DNA from: Bdellovibrionota bacterium
GTDB lineage: Bacteria > Bdellovibrionota_C > UBA2361 > OMII01
DNA length: 64,000 nucleotides
Assembly (NCBI GenBank): GCA_044351885.1
Contig: JBILEW010000001.1
Location: 30,315-94,314 of the forward strand
Reading direction: 5' to 3'
Shown: positions 21,094-30,775 of the stretch, one piece after another
Layout of the letters: each line of letters begins with the position of its first letter
Numbering within the stretch: the stretch's first letter is position 1
Translations under genes and position numbers: made by a program
Notes under the pieces: model-generated
The model's database searches: none
What the model was told of the DNA's origin: nothing
Seen by the model: only the letters and a program-made list of their open reading frames with translations

Positions 21094-21339
21094 GTACCTA
21101 TCTCCACTCGGCTCTTACACTTCGCATAGCCCTCTCATGCGCCACGCCAGCCGCCGCTATCCACATGCGTGAGACTACTCAAAAAATGGGTCTTCACGAT
21201 AGGTGGCAGGTCACCAGAGGGGATCGGATACGGGTGGCCTCTCGCTCATCGACTTGCATCGGAGTTATAGCCGAACGAATCAAGGAGATCAAAGGGTTGG
21301 CTTATTTTGCAGTGCCTGACCTGTGCCCCACTAAGCACC

Positions 21340-22848
21340 TCATGCCGCGCGAGTAAGTTCCTCGGAATCTCGCTTAGGGGAGTCAGAAGGCAGGGAAAAA
21401 TGCCGCCCTGCGCTGTTTTTTATCACCTGCGGCCCATAGGAACCGACCAGCATCCCTGCAGCTGCCCCCAAAAGCCCCACCAACTGAGCCGGAAACTCCT
21501 TGCCCGCTGGTGTCGCCAGGAAGAACCCCCACGATAGCACCCCCAATACGATCGAGAACACCGCCCCTTGGGTCGTGGCGCGCTGCCAATACAGGCCGCA
21601 CACAAGGGGGATAAACGCTCCTACCAGCGTGACCTGATACGCACCGGAGACCAATTCGTAGATCGAAGTACCCTGCATCGCTATGGCATATGCAAGCACG
21701 AGCGCGCTGAAAACGAGGACTGTAATCCGCATCGCCTTCAGCTCTGCCTTGTCGCCCTCGAAGGGACGGATCTGGCGCCAGATGTTCTCTGTAAAGGTGA
21801 CACTTGGTGCCAACAGCGTAGCCGACGCACACGATTTGATCGCCGATAGAAGTGCGCCGAAAAAGAGCACCTGCATTACGAAGGGCATCCGTTCCATGAC
21901 CAGGGTCGGAAGGATCTTCTGCGGGTCGTCAAGCAGCAACTGCTCAGCCCTCTCGGGCATGACGAGCAGAGCACTAACGACCAAGAACATCGGAACGAAC
22001 GCAAACACGATGTAACATAGCCCTCCGATGATGGGACCACGCGTTGCCGAGTACTCGCTGTCGGCCGACATGACCCGTTGAAAAACGTCCTGTTGGGGGA
22101 TCGAGCCGAGCATCATCGTGATGCCTGTGCCGATGAAGAATGCGATGGCCTTGAAGTTCGCCTCGGGAAGGAAGTTGAACATGTCCCGCTCCACTGCGTG
22201 TGCAATGACAAGCGAGGCACCTCCCGCCTGATGCCCGGCAAAAACCGCAAGGATCGCCAAGCCTCCCACGAGTATAATCATTTGCATAAAGTCGGTCACC
22301 GCCACCGACCACATACCGCCGAACAACGTATAGGCGAGGATTGAGATCACTCCGATTACCATTCCTTGCGGGACACTCAGCACTCCATCCGAAAGAACGT
22401 TGAAAACCACACCTAGGGCGGTAACCTGGGCAGATACCCACCCAAGGTAACTCACCATGATCATCAGCGAGCAGAGGAGCTCGACAATCCGGCCGTATCG
22501 CTCCCTGTAATAATCACTGATCGTCAAAAGGTTCTTCTTGTAGAGTTTGGACGCGAAGAAGAGACCGACCAATACGAGACACGTTCCGGCTCCGAAGGGA
22601 TCCTCTACAACGCCATTGAGACCGCTATTGACGAATTTAGCGGGTATCCCGAGCACTGTCTCCGAACCGAACCAGGTGGCAAAGGTGGTCGTGATGATCA
22701 TCACGAGCGGCAGATGCCGCCCCGCGATCGCGAAGTCGGCAGTGTTTTTCACACGCCTCGCGGCCATGAGTCCGATGGCTATCGTAACGAGGAGATAGAC
22801 GATAACGAGTGCAAGCAGCATCCGCCCTCCCTTTGAAGTAGTTCCCAA
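21340..22848 (-). CDS. Sodium:solute symporter (SSS family) transporter
   Basis: Thirteen-plus hydrophobic segments. N-terminal FAIAGRHLP and SSS-family GxxxA/GS patterns. Confidence 0.85.
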   Translation of the reverse strand: MGTTSKGGRMLLALVIVYLLVTIAIGLMAARRVKNTADFAIAGRHLPLVMIITTTFATWFGSETVLGIPAKFVNSGLNGVVEDPFGAGTCLVLVGLFFASKLYKKNLLTISDYYRERYGRIVELLCSLMIMVSYLGWVSAQVTALGVVFNVLSDGVLSVPQGMVIGVISILAYTLFGGMWSVAVTDFMQMIILVGGLAILAVFAGHQAGGASLVIAHAVERDMFNFLPEANFKAIAFFIGTGITMMLGSIPQQDVFQRVMSADSEYSATRGPIIGGLCYIVFAFVPMFLVVSALLVMPERAEQLLLDDPQKILPTLVMERMPFVMQVLFFGALLSAIKSCASATLLAPSVTFTENIWRQIRPFEGDKAELKAMRITVLVFSALVLAYAIAMQGTSIYELVSGAYQVTLVGAFIPLVCGLYWQRATTQGAVFSIVLGVLSWGFFLATPAGKEFPAQLVGLLGAAAGMLVGSYGPQVIKNSAGRHFSLPSDSPKRDSEELTRAA

Positions 22849-22966
22849 CTACACAGCGCGGTAGATCATACCACGCAGCTCAGACTAATCACTACCTGCC
22901 CCTAAAAACATCTGCTCCGAACTTCTCAACCCCTCAGCAGCCCCACGATTACTGCACTGGCATATT

Positions 22967-22985
22967 GTTCTACTAAAAGTAGAAT
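22967..22985. promoter_or_regulatory. 19-bp palindromic operator-like site GTTCTACTAAAAGTAGAAT (second copy)
   Basis: Perfect 7-3-7 palindrome TTCTACT-AAA-AGTAGAA in the divergent region between the SSS symporter (minus) and the HDAC-family gene (plus). Matches the site at 10750..10768 at 17 of 19 positions. Confidence 0.55.
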
Positions 22986-23215
22986 TTTTCTGCTTCTGCG
23001 CCCAAGATCGCTATTCCGCGATGGATTCAGAGGAGTCCGGCAGCGACTTTTGCCCTCAAAAATGAGCACGCCTCCGGTCGGTTGCCCCAGCATCCTCACT
23101 CGGTAGGGACAACACTTCGTTCTCATCTGTTGGCCTGGGCGCGAATCAGTAGGTAAAAGGTCCGTCAAAAGCGTAAAGCGCTTGACCCCCTTTTCCGATG
23201 TACCCACAATGAGGA

Positions 23216-24481
23216 ATGGGAAATCGCATGGCTCTGACTATAGTTACCAATGAGCAGGCATTCGAGGCGAATGGTACCAACGAACTCGAGGGGCACCTCG
23301 GTACCCGCGATCGAATCGATCCCACTGCCCGATACGACTTCCCGGGTAAGGCTGTAGGATGCCTAGCAGCCGCAAAAACCCTGCAGGGGCTCACGCTACC
23401 CAACGCTCTCCCCTTCCTAACCGATGGGCACGGGGAGCCGCTACCGGAGGTCACCATCAAGAGCTCTTCGCGCCTACCGGAGCGCGAGGAACTCGCCAGG
23501 GGACACGACGCACACTACCTACAGAACCTAGAGTCAACCTCTCAGAAGGCGCGAGAGCGCGCCCTCGGGAACCAAGATCCCTTCATCTCAGACTTCGGCT
23601 CCGAGGCTGATGTGACCCCGGGAACCTTTCAGGCTGCCCGTAGTGCAGTGGGTGCCAGCTTCGACATGGTCGACACGATACTCCGGTCACCTGAGGATAC
23701 GGGCTTCGCTCTCGTATGGCCGCCGGGTCACCATGCGGAGAGGAACCACGCCATGGGGTTCTGTTACCTCTCCAATGCGGGACTCGCCGCTCTGTACGCT
23801 CGCGACCACTCCATACAGATTAGGCCGGGGCATCGAAACCGAGTAGTAGTAATTGATATCGACCATCATCGTGGAAATGGAACGGCGGATCTCGTGGCCA
23901 ACGAATCCGATATTCTGTTCGTGGACATATCGTATCGCTCTCCATACGACGCTGTCCGAAGGCGGTTCGTCGACGGCGACTACGACCCGCAGCAGGACCG
24001 CTATATCTCGGCGGGAAAGGAGTATCCTTATTCAAAAGAGGACACCGATCACCAGTTGTCCCCTCACCCGATGATCGGCGCTCCTAATATCGTGTCTGTA
24101 GAGTTCGAAGGGATCCAAGAAGATCACAACCAGATCGTGTTGCGATTTCTCGATGAGGTCGTACCAGCGCTGCTTACATTCCGACCAGACGTGGTATTGT
24201 GGTCGGTCGGCCTCGATTCCGCGCTTGGCGATCCTCTCGGGGGACTCGGTAATCTGCCCAGCACCTTCTATACGCTCATTCGAGGAACACGGCTGGTCCT
24301 TTCTGAGGCCCGACATGGTGGACTACTGGAAGGGGGATACGATGAGCAACGCTGGTTCACATGTCTCCCGCCGGCTCTTCTAGCGTTTCACGACCAACCG
24401 CAGGACAGTAAAAATCGCTGCCAGACCTTTCGAAAATACAGAGATACATTCAGTAATTTTGTGGGCAAAAGTGACGAATAG
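23216..24481 (+). CDS. Histone-deacetylase-family amidohydrolase (acetylpolyamine amidohydrolase / AcuC-like)
   Basis: WPPGHHAE, IDIDHHRGNGT, GLDSALGDPLGGL are the three HDAC-family metal/active-site blocks. Confidence 0.8.
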   Translation: MGNRMALTIVTNEQAFEANGTNELEGHLGTRDRIDPTARYDFPGKAVGCLAAAKTLQGLTLPNALPFLTDGHGEPLPEVTIKSSSRLPEREELARGHDAHYLQNLESTSQKARERALGNQDPFISDFGSEADVTPGTFQAARSAVGASFDMVDTILRSPEDTGFALVWPPGHHAERNHAMGFCYLSNAGLAALYARDHSIQIRPGHRNRVVVIDIDHHRGNGTADLVANESDILFVDISYRSPYDAVRRRFVDGDYDPQQDRYISAGKEYPYSKEDTDHQLSPHPMIGAPNIVSVEFEGIQEDHNQIVLRFLDEVVPALLTFRPDVVLWSVGLDSALGDPLGGLGNLPSTFYTLIRGTRLVLSEARHGGLLEGGYDEQRWFTCLPPALLAFHDQPQDSKNRCQTFRKYRDTFSNFVGKSDE

Positions 24482-24670
24482 CCTCACTTCAGCTTCGTCC
24501 TTATCGAAACAAAGCCTCATGATATCAGGCGGCTAGCCACGCCTTCCAAGGTTTATCTCCCGAACAAGGCAGATCTGCGCTATACTGCCGACCCCGATCT
24601 CTCAGAGGTACCGACCACAGCTTTGCAAGAAACCCAATCATTTTCAGGATTCGAGGAGCCCGTAAATACC

Positions 24671-25366
24671 ATGATAAAAGGACACTCACTGCAACTAAGA
24701 GCCCTGGAAAAAGCCGACCTCATCTTTCTTCACAGGCTGCACAACAATTACAAGACGATGAACTACTTCTTCGAGGAGCCGTTCGAGACCTTACGAGAGC
24801 TCGAAGACCTCTACGAGAAGTACGTCCACAACACTACCGAGCGTCGCTTCGTCATCGAAGAGATCTCGACCGGTGCTAGCGTGGGAGTGTTGAGCTTGAT
24901 AGAGATCGACGAGATCAACCGCAAATGTGAGATCGACATCATCATCGACGAAAAATTTCAGGGCCGAGGATTCGGCAAACAGGGCTTCGTTCTCGGTGTA
25001 AAATACGCTTTCGATATCCTGAATCTCTTCAAGATTTACCTGGTCCTCCTCCGGAACAACATTCCCGGCCTGAATATTTACAAGTTCGCCGGCTTCAAAA
25101 AGGAGTGCCGACTACGCAAGGAGTATTTCCGTAACGGCGAATACGTGGACGTCGAGCGGATGTGTCTCTTCGAAAATCAGTGGCGCAAGCTCAAGGCCAA
25201 GCTGAACGAGTACGTGGGATTCGAATCAGTGGAGATCAAACACCGCAATCGACCGGGCGCCACAGTAGTAAAAGTGAAGGACACCTCGTCCAGCACCGCT
25301 CCAAACCTCGTCGTGGCGGAGTCTTCGGAAACGGTCGTGCCCCGCCCCCAGCCGTCGGCGCTATAG
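24671..25366 (+). CDS. GNAT N-acetyltransferase, SpeG-like (spermidine/diamine N-acetyltransferase) with C-terminal extension
   Basis: LQLRALEKADLIFLHRLHNNYKTMNYFFEEPFETLRELEDLYEKYVHNTTERRFVIE closely parallels the E. coli SpeG N-terminus. GAGGAG Shine-Dalgarno 12 nt before ATG 24671. About 50 aa low-complexity tail. Confidence 0.75.
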   Translation: MIKGHSLQLRALEKADLIFLHRLHNNYKTMNYFFEEPFETLRELEDLYEKYVHNTTERRFVIEEISTGASVGVLSLIEIDEINRKCEIDIIIDEKFQGRGFGKQGFVLGVKYAFDILNLFKIYLVLLRNNIPGLNIYKFAGFKKECRLRKEYFRNGEYVDVERMCLFENQWRKLKAKLNEYVGFESVEIKHRNRPGATVVKVKDTSSSTAPNLVVAESSETVVPRPQPSAL

Positions 25367-25445
25367 GAATAGGAGGGGCAAAAACCGCTCAGCGACAAAA
25401 GCCACGTGAACGTGCTCGTGAACGTAACCGTACCCGTGAACGAAA
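25365..25445 (+). repeat. Palindromic dispersed repeat family, half-copy 2
   Basis: GGAGGGGCAAAAACC...CACGTGAACGTGCTCGTGAACGTAACCGTACCCGTGAACG is the left flank plus left arm of the 4866 element. Confidence 0.7.
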
Positions 25446-25804
25446 TAAGCTAAGAGTCAGGCCCTTTCGAAGACGGATAAGCACCAGTTCGCGGGAGTTT
25501 CCTCTAACTGGACGAATTCCGCCGCCACCCCAAAGCATTTACTCCTCCACCGCCGGCGCATCCACCCAAGCCTCTGATATAATTGGTGTTAGTAGCATAC
25601 TGAGCGGTATCCCGGCTCTCTCCATCCCGACATCGGCGCCTGAATGGTTACAAACTTCTCGCATTTAGGCGGTCTACGCTCTCAAGCTGTGCCGCTAGGG
25701 CGCCGAACGTACCCATTGAGGAAGCTGTTACAGTACGAGTCGGGGAGCGTGTCTTTGATTTCTCATAAGCCGCATCTTTTCCGACGCTATTACGACCAAG
25801 CACC

Positions 25805-26938
25805 ATGAAATTAGGAATCACAGTCGGTGTCCCCAAGGAAACCGCTCCCGGAGAAACCCGCGTTGCGGCCACGCCAGATTCGGTAAAGCGTCTGGTAAAA
25901 TATGGATTCGATATACACGTCGAGGAGGGAGCTGGCATATCTGCCGGCTTCCGCAACGAGGACTACGACGCCGTCGGCGCAAAGATAGTCTCGCCGAAGG
26001 AGGTATGGGCTACCCCCGTGGTAACCAAGGTCGCTCCCCCTACTCAGACGGAAGCATCGTCCATTCCGTCAGGAACTTTCATCGTCTCGCTTCTGGAGCC
26101 CTTTCGAAACGTCGATCTTCTCGAAAGCTTCGCAAAGCAGAAGGTCGACGCGCTTGCACTCGAAGCGATTCCCCGTACATCGCGAGCGCAAGCGATGGAT
26201 GTACTCTCATCTCAAGCCGGCATCGCCGGCTACAGAGCAGTGATCGAGGCAGCTCATCACTACGGAAGGTTCTTCCCGATGATGATGACCTCTGCAGGAT
26301 CCGCCAAAGCTACAAAGGTAACGGTGCTGGGCGCTGGCGTGGCCGGACTGCAAGCTATAGCTACTGCGCGCAAACTCGGCGCTGTAGTCGAAGCGTACGA
26401 TGTGCGCCCTGAAACACGCGAACAGATCCAGTCGCTCGGGGCAAAATACATAGACATTCAGCTCGAAGAATCTGGCTCGGGTCAAGGAGGGTATGCGAAA
26501 GAGCTCTCGGAGGAGTCGAAGAAGAGGCTCCAGGAAGCGCTGGATGAACGACTTTCGAAGAGCGACATCATCATCAGCACTGCAAACGTGCCTGGACGCA
26601 AAGCCCCTACCCTGATCTCAGAATCCGTTGTCGCCAACATGCGCCACGGCTCGGTGATCGTCGACATGGCTACGCCGAGCGGCGGAAACTGCCCTCTCAG
26701 CAAGGCCGACCAGGTCGTCGACATCAACGGAGTGAAGATCATCGGGCATACCAACTATCCTGCGATGATGGCGACTGATTCGAGTAACTTCTTCGCACGC
26801 AACGTGGTATCGCTCCTGGATCTATTCGTCAAACCACGCGACAGCGGCGCTCCGACCTTCATCGTCAACCTCGAAGACGAGATAATCGACACGTCGCTCC
26901 TCGTGCACCAAGGAATCCTACGACTACGAAATCGATAG
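25805..26938 (+). CDS. pntAA: NAD(P) transhydrogenase subunit alpha, part 1
   Basis: [30 protein letters not shown]; Rossmann motif [13 protein letters not shown]. Confidence 0.9.
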   Translation: MKLGITVGVPKETAPGETRVAATPDSVKRLVKYGFDIHVEEGAGISAGFRNEDYDAVGAKIVSPKEVWATPVVTKVAPPTQTEASSIPSGTFIVSLLEPFRNVDLLESFAKQKVDALALEAIPRTSRAQAMDVLSSQAGIAGYRAVIEAAHHYGRFFPMMMTSAGSAKATKVTVLGAGVAGLQAIATARKLGAVVEAYDVRPETREQIQSLGAKYIDIQLEESGSGQGGYAKELSEESKKRLQEALDERLSKSDIIISTANVPGRKAPTLISESVVANMRHGSVIVDMATPSGGNCPLSKADQVVDINGVKIIGHTNYPAMMATDSSNFFARNVVSLLDLFVKPRDSGAPTFIVNLEDEIIDTSLLVHQGILRLRNR

Positions 26939-26945
26939 AGGGCAT

Positions 26946-27236
26946 ATGTCCAGTACGATGATAGCTATATACGTTTTCACGTTAGCCTGCTTCGTGGGCT
27001 ATCACGTGATATGGGGAGTCACGCCCGCACTCCATACTCCCCTCATGGCAGTAACAAATGCGATCAGCGCGATTCTCGTGATTGGAGCTATCGTAGTAGC
27101 CGGCTCTGCAGAGGCTTCGCAATCGACCTGGATTCAGGTGCTAGGGTTTTTTGCTGTTACACTAGCATCAATAAACATATTCGGCGGTTTCGTTGTAACG
27201 AACCGCATCTTGGCGATGTTCAAGAAGAAATCCTAA
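26946..27236 (+). CDS. pntAB: NAD(P) transhydrogenase subunit alpha, part 2 (membrane)
   Basis: 96-aa hydrophobic protein between pntAA and pntB, the split-alpha arrangement. Confidence 0.85.
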   Translation: MSSTMIAIYVFTLACFVGYHVIWGVTPALHTPLMAVTNAISAILVIGAIVVAGSAEASQSTWIQVLGFFAVTLASINIFGGFVVTNRILAMFKKKS

Positions 27237-27248
27237 CGAGAGCACATC

Positions 27249-28634
27249 ATGAACCTAAGTCCCGATCTTTTCGACCTCGCATACCTCGTCGCCACGATAC
27301 TATTCATCTTCGGCCTCAAGGGTTTGAGTCATCCCAAGACAGCCTTGCGTGGCAACCAGTTTTCGATGGCTGGAATGCTGCTGGCTATCGTCGTCACGCT
27401 GCTCCATCCAAGCGTGAAGAACTACAGCATAGTATTCGGTGGTCTTGCAGCAGGCGCCGTGATCGGAATTCCACTGGCACTTAGGATTCAAATGACTGCG
27501 ATGCCCCAGCTCGTAGCTGCTCTGCACAGCTTCGTAGGCTTAGCAGCAGTACTCGTTGCTGGAGGCACATACCTCATGCACGTCCAGCAAGGACATGCCG
27601 ACTCAGTTCTCCTACTGGAGCTGATCATCGGAAGCGCGATTGGAGCTGTGACCTTCACAGGTTCTTTGGTGGCGTTCGGAAAACTGCAGGCGCTTTTGGG
27701 TTCCGCCCCTCTCGTATTCAAGGGACAACACGCACTGAACGCTCTTTTGATCGCGGCGATTATAGGGCTCTCAGCTCTCTTCGTGCGCGAACACAGCGTC
27801 CTCCTGTTCACCGCTGTGACCGGCATGGCTCTCCTGCTCGGCTTTCTGTTGGTCTTACCGATCGGCGGCTCTGACATGCCCGTTGTAGTTTCAATGCTCA
27901 ACTCGTACTCCGGTTGGGCAGCCTCTGCGACCGGCTTCACCCTAGGGAATCAGCTCTTGATCGCGACGGGTGCTCTAGTGGGCGCGAGCGGAGCAATTCT
28001 CTCTTACATCATGTGTAAGGCGATGAACCGCTCACTCCTGAATGTAATTTTGGGAGGATTCGGAACAACCGCAGAGAGCGCTGCAGCAGAGGCAACCACC
28101 AAGAGCTGTCGCTCTGCAAGCACCGAAGATGCGGCGTTTATGTTCGAGAACGCATCTAGCCTTATCGTTGTCCCAGGATACGGAATGGCGGTTGCCCAAG
28201 CCCAGCACGCAGTGAAGGAGCTCTACGAGCAGCTTCACAGCCGTGGAGTCGAGGTGAAGTTCGCCATTCATCCAGTTGCCGGTCGCATGCCCGGACACAT
28301 GAACGTACTCCTTGCGGAGTCAGAGATTCCATACGATGTCGTACTCGAACTCGACGACGTAAATCCCGAATTCGCACGCGCCGATGCAGTGCTGGTGATC
28401 GGTGCCAACGACGTAGTGAACCCCGCAGCACGTACCAACAAATCGAGCCCACTTTACGGTATGCCTATCCTCGACGCCTACAAGTCGAAGATGGTGTACG
28501 TCATCAAGCGTTCTATGAACCCCGGTTATTCAGGGGTCGAGAACGATCTCTTCTACCTCGACAACTGCTCGCTGATCTTTGGTGATGCGAAGAAGGTGTG
28601 CGAGGGGCTCGTTAACTGCCTGAAGTCGGCTTAA
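27249..28634 (+). CDS. pntB: NAD(P) transhydrogenase subunit beta
   Basis: Nine-plus TM helices, then dIII domain GYGMAVAQAQHAV...AIHPVAGRMPGHMNVLLAE. Confidence 0.9.
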   Translation: MNLSPDLFDLAYLVATILFIFGLKGLSHPKTALRGNQFSMAGMLLAIVVTLLHPSVKNYSIVFGGLAAGAVIGIPLALRIQMTAMPQLVAALHSFVGLAAVLVAGGTYLMHVQQGHADSVLLLELIIGSAIGAVTFTGSLVAFGKLQALLGSAPLVFKGQHALNALLIAAIIGLSALFVREHSVLLFTAVTGMALLLGFLLVLPIGGSDMPVVVSMLNSYSGWAASATGFTLGNQLLIATGALVGASGAILSYIMCKAMNRSLLNVILGGFGTTAESAAAEATTKSCRSASTEDAAFMFENASSLIVVPGYGMAVAQAQHAVKELYEQLHSRGVEVKFAIHPVAGRMPGHMNVLLAESEIPYDVVLELDDVNPEFARADAVLVIGANDVVNPAARTNKSSPLYGMPILDAYKSKMVYVIKRSMNPGYSGVENDLFYLDNCSLIFGDAKKVCEGLVNCLKSA

Positions 28635-28654
28635 GCAGGGAAACGCCAGTAGTA

Positions 28655-28753
28655 AGCGGCGCAACCGGACCGCGGACTTTCTAGTCCGCCTTCTCCTGGG
28701 ATCGTGGTACTATCAGCAAGCGGAGCGGAAGCTCCGCGGTCCGTTGTCTCCCT
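28655..28753 (-). repeat. Conserved ~90-nt structured element (candidate sRNA / 3' element), copy A
   Basis: Its reverse complement, GGACCGCGGAGCTTCCGCTCCGCTTGC...CCACGATCCCAG...GCGGACTAGAAAGTCCGCGGTCC, matches 49789..49880 (core 27 of 28 nt). It contains hairpins GCGGAGC-TTCC-GCTCCGC and GCGGAC-TAGAAA-GTCCGC closed by GGACCGCGG/CCGCGGTCC. Confidence 0.6.
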
Positions 28754-28842
28754 GTACCGAGTCTACTATTTTTGTCTGAGAGAAATGATTAGGAAGCAAT
28801 CGATTCAGCGCCACGTACTGTATTTAGCAATTGTGCGCTCGG

Positions 28843-29736
28843 CTAATTTTTCTTCTCTACTTTGCTTAACGCAGCCCCTGTAGCCTCAACCATGCTCCAG
28901 TAAACTACATCAGCGACAACTTTGCACCCGAACGCCCCAGTGGCCATGGCGACGGCCCCCTGGCCGAGCAGATGTTCTCCGAGGTACCAACCTACTACGC
29001 CTCCAGACCCGATGAGAGCTGGTCGAATCAGCAACGAATCAAATACCTCTGCCATACCGAATTGGGCGACCAAGTTGCCAACTACTTCGGCACGAGTTTG
29101 CAATGTGTGGCTCTTTCCCTCCGCTGCGAGTGAGCGAGTAGCACCGCTCATAGCAGAGTAGAAAAGTGCCGCGTAGAGGCCTACATTTTCGCTCATCGTT
29201 CCGACTAATCCGACCGCAGCAGCATTTGGATACAGTAGTCCGGTCAGACCGATACCTATCGCCGCGGTAATACTGCCGGCCAACTCGGCGGCACCATAGA
29301 GCGATACTCTACTCGCCAGCCATCCAAGTACGGTCTTTCGGCCCTCTGCGCTAGGCTCGGCCGGATGGGGCTCGGATTCCCATGAGGTATTAGTTGATAC
29401 CTGGGTCTGTGCTGAAATCGCCGCCATATGCGAACTGACTGAAATCGCTGTCGTCGGCATCTCGACCGATGCATGTACAAACGTTAGCGATTCTAACTCT
29501 GGAGATGGCCTTGAGAGAGTTATGGAGTGATCGGGATCGAGATCGGAACCGAGCGGCGGCAGTGCCCGTTGTACGTGCAGGTACCTTGCTGCGTGCTTGG
29601 CTGTGGGATCGCCTGCGAAAGCAGTACGCTGCTGTGAGTCAGTTAGTTCAGCCTCTACCGGAGGTCCTTGCGGAGGCACCAACGTCCGACTCCCTGTCAA
29701 TGGCTGGGACTTTGATCCTGTGTCGTTATTTAACAC
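28843..29736 (-). CDS. Hypothetical membrane protein
   Basis: Gly/Ala-rich hydrophobic C-terminal half (four or more putative TM helices). The N-terminal ~100 aa are low-complexity, so the true start may be internal. Confidence 0.4.
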   Translation of the reverse strand: MLNNDTGSKSQPLTGSRTLVPPQGPPVEAELTDSQQRTAFAGDPTAKHAARYLHVQRALPPLGSDLDPDHSITLSRPSPELESLTFVHASVEMPTTAISVSSHMAAISAQTQVSTNTSWESEPHPAEPSAEGRKTVLGWLASRVSLYGAAELAGSITAAIGIGLTGLLYPNAAAVGLVGTMSENVGLYAALFYSAMSGATRSLAAEGKSHTLQTRAEVVGNLVAQFGMAEVFDSLLIRPALIGSGGVVGWYLGEHLLGQGAVAMATGAFGCKVVADVVYWSMVEATGAALSKVEKKN

Positions 29737-30088
29737 GGTGCCTACAACCCGCTTAGCCGTTTAGTGTCTTCCCGTACCAGGGGTGCACGTTAGCCGTGCA
29801 TCAGCCCCGAGCGAACAACTCCTCGATTATGGAGCGAAGTGGTACCGCCGTGCCGTAGTGTCGTAGTGCAAGGCGGCAACCTATCCGCCACACACTGCAA
29901 CACCCTGAATCCTCTCGAATTGCTCGGTTAGCTTCTTTTGATTCCTTCGCATGATTTCTAAACGCATCCGCAGCCTCACCCGTTTGAGTCAGTTGGTCAC
30001 ATTTCCCAAAGACTAATGTCTATTGCGGGTTCGCTTTATATGTTTTGAGAGCATAGTCACTGCGCGTTCAGAGACGGAATGAGAGCAC

Positions 30089-30766
30089 TCAACGACGCTC
30101 GAAGACCCCGACCCACTCAATCCCCTCTCTACGACTCGGCTCTGGTCGCGATCCTGGACGAAGCTCTCGCGTGACAAAGTAAGGGCTCAATAACTCCTCC
30201 AGCTCGCGCGTGGTAGTGGCGAAGGGCGGCCCGTTACCCTCTTTGGAGAGCGAGAGGTTGGGCAATCGCTGCGCCTCCGCATCACTCACTACGAAGAAGT
30301 TGCCGACCAGAAAACCACCAGACTTCACCCATGCAGCTGCTGTTTCGGCGTATCTCGGTCGCATCGAGGGATCGATTGCACAAAAGAATGTATGCTCACA
30401 GATCACGTCCACGCGCTGCTTGGAAACTTCGAACAGGTCTCCGTGCATTACCTCAAGCGATCCCGGCGATGAGGCTGCGCTCGCCGCATACCGCGCACGT
30501 AGCGCCGATACGGCTATCTCAGACCAATCGACAGCAACCACATCGGCTCCCCTCCTCACACACTCCAAGGCATCAGACCCTCGTCCGCACCCTGGACTAA
30601 GCACCCTCTTCCCGGAGAGCGAGACCCCTTCCCTCTTCAATTCCTCCAACGCTTCCATGAGCACCGATGACGGCGCGTCCAGATCCCATGGCGTGTCTCC
30701 GACCTCGAAGCGCTCCTGCCAGTACCCCTGTGTTGACCACTCGGGAGGATCCGATCGCTTGTTCAT
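30089..30766 (-). CDS. SAM-dependent methyltransferase, thiopurine S-methyltransferase (TPMT)-like
   Basis: WQERFEVGDTPWDL...RVLSPGCGRGSDALECVRRGADVVAVDWSEIAV follows the TPMT-family W..RW..G..PWD and LvPlCG..D pattern. Confidence 0.7.
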   Translation of the reverse strand: MNKRSDPPEWSTQGYWQERFEVGDTPWDLDAPSSVLMEALEELKREGVSLSGKRVLSPGCGRGSDALECVRRGADVVAVDWSEIAVSALRARYAASAASSPGSLEVMHGDLFEVSKQRVDVICEHTFFCAIDPSMRPRYAETAAAWVKSGGFLVGNFFVVSDAEAQRLPNLSLSKEGNGPPFATTTRELEELLSPYFVTRELRPGSRPEPSRREGIEWVGVFERR

Positions 30767-30775
30767 GCCACGAGC

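Noticed and set aside
20330-21172. 280-aa plus-strand ORF rich in Ser/Thr/Ala
   Set aside because: Antisense shadow of ugd with low-complexity composition.
25162-25668. 168-aa ORF with RERARERNRTRERNKL segment
   Set aside because: The Arg-Glu periodicity is produced by the CGTGAACGTG palindromic repeat. Overlaps the SpeG-like 3' end and the intergenic repeat.
29737-30088. 352-bp non-coding stretch upstream of the hypothetical membrane protein
   Set aside because: No repeats, hairpins or ORFs with support. Could hold an sRNA, but nothing in the sequence alone justifies a call.
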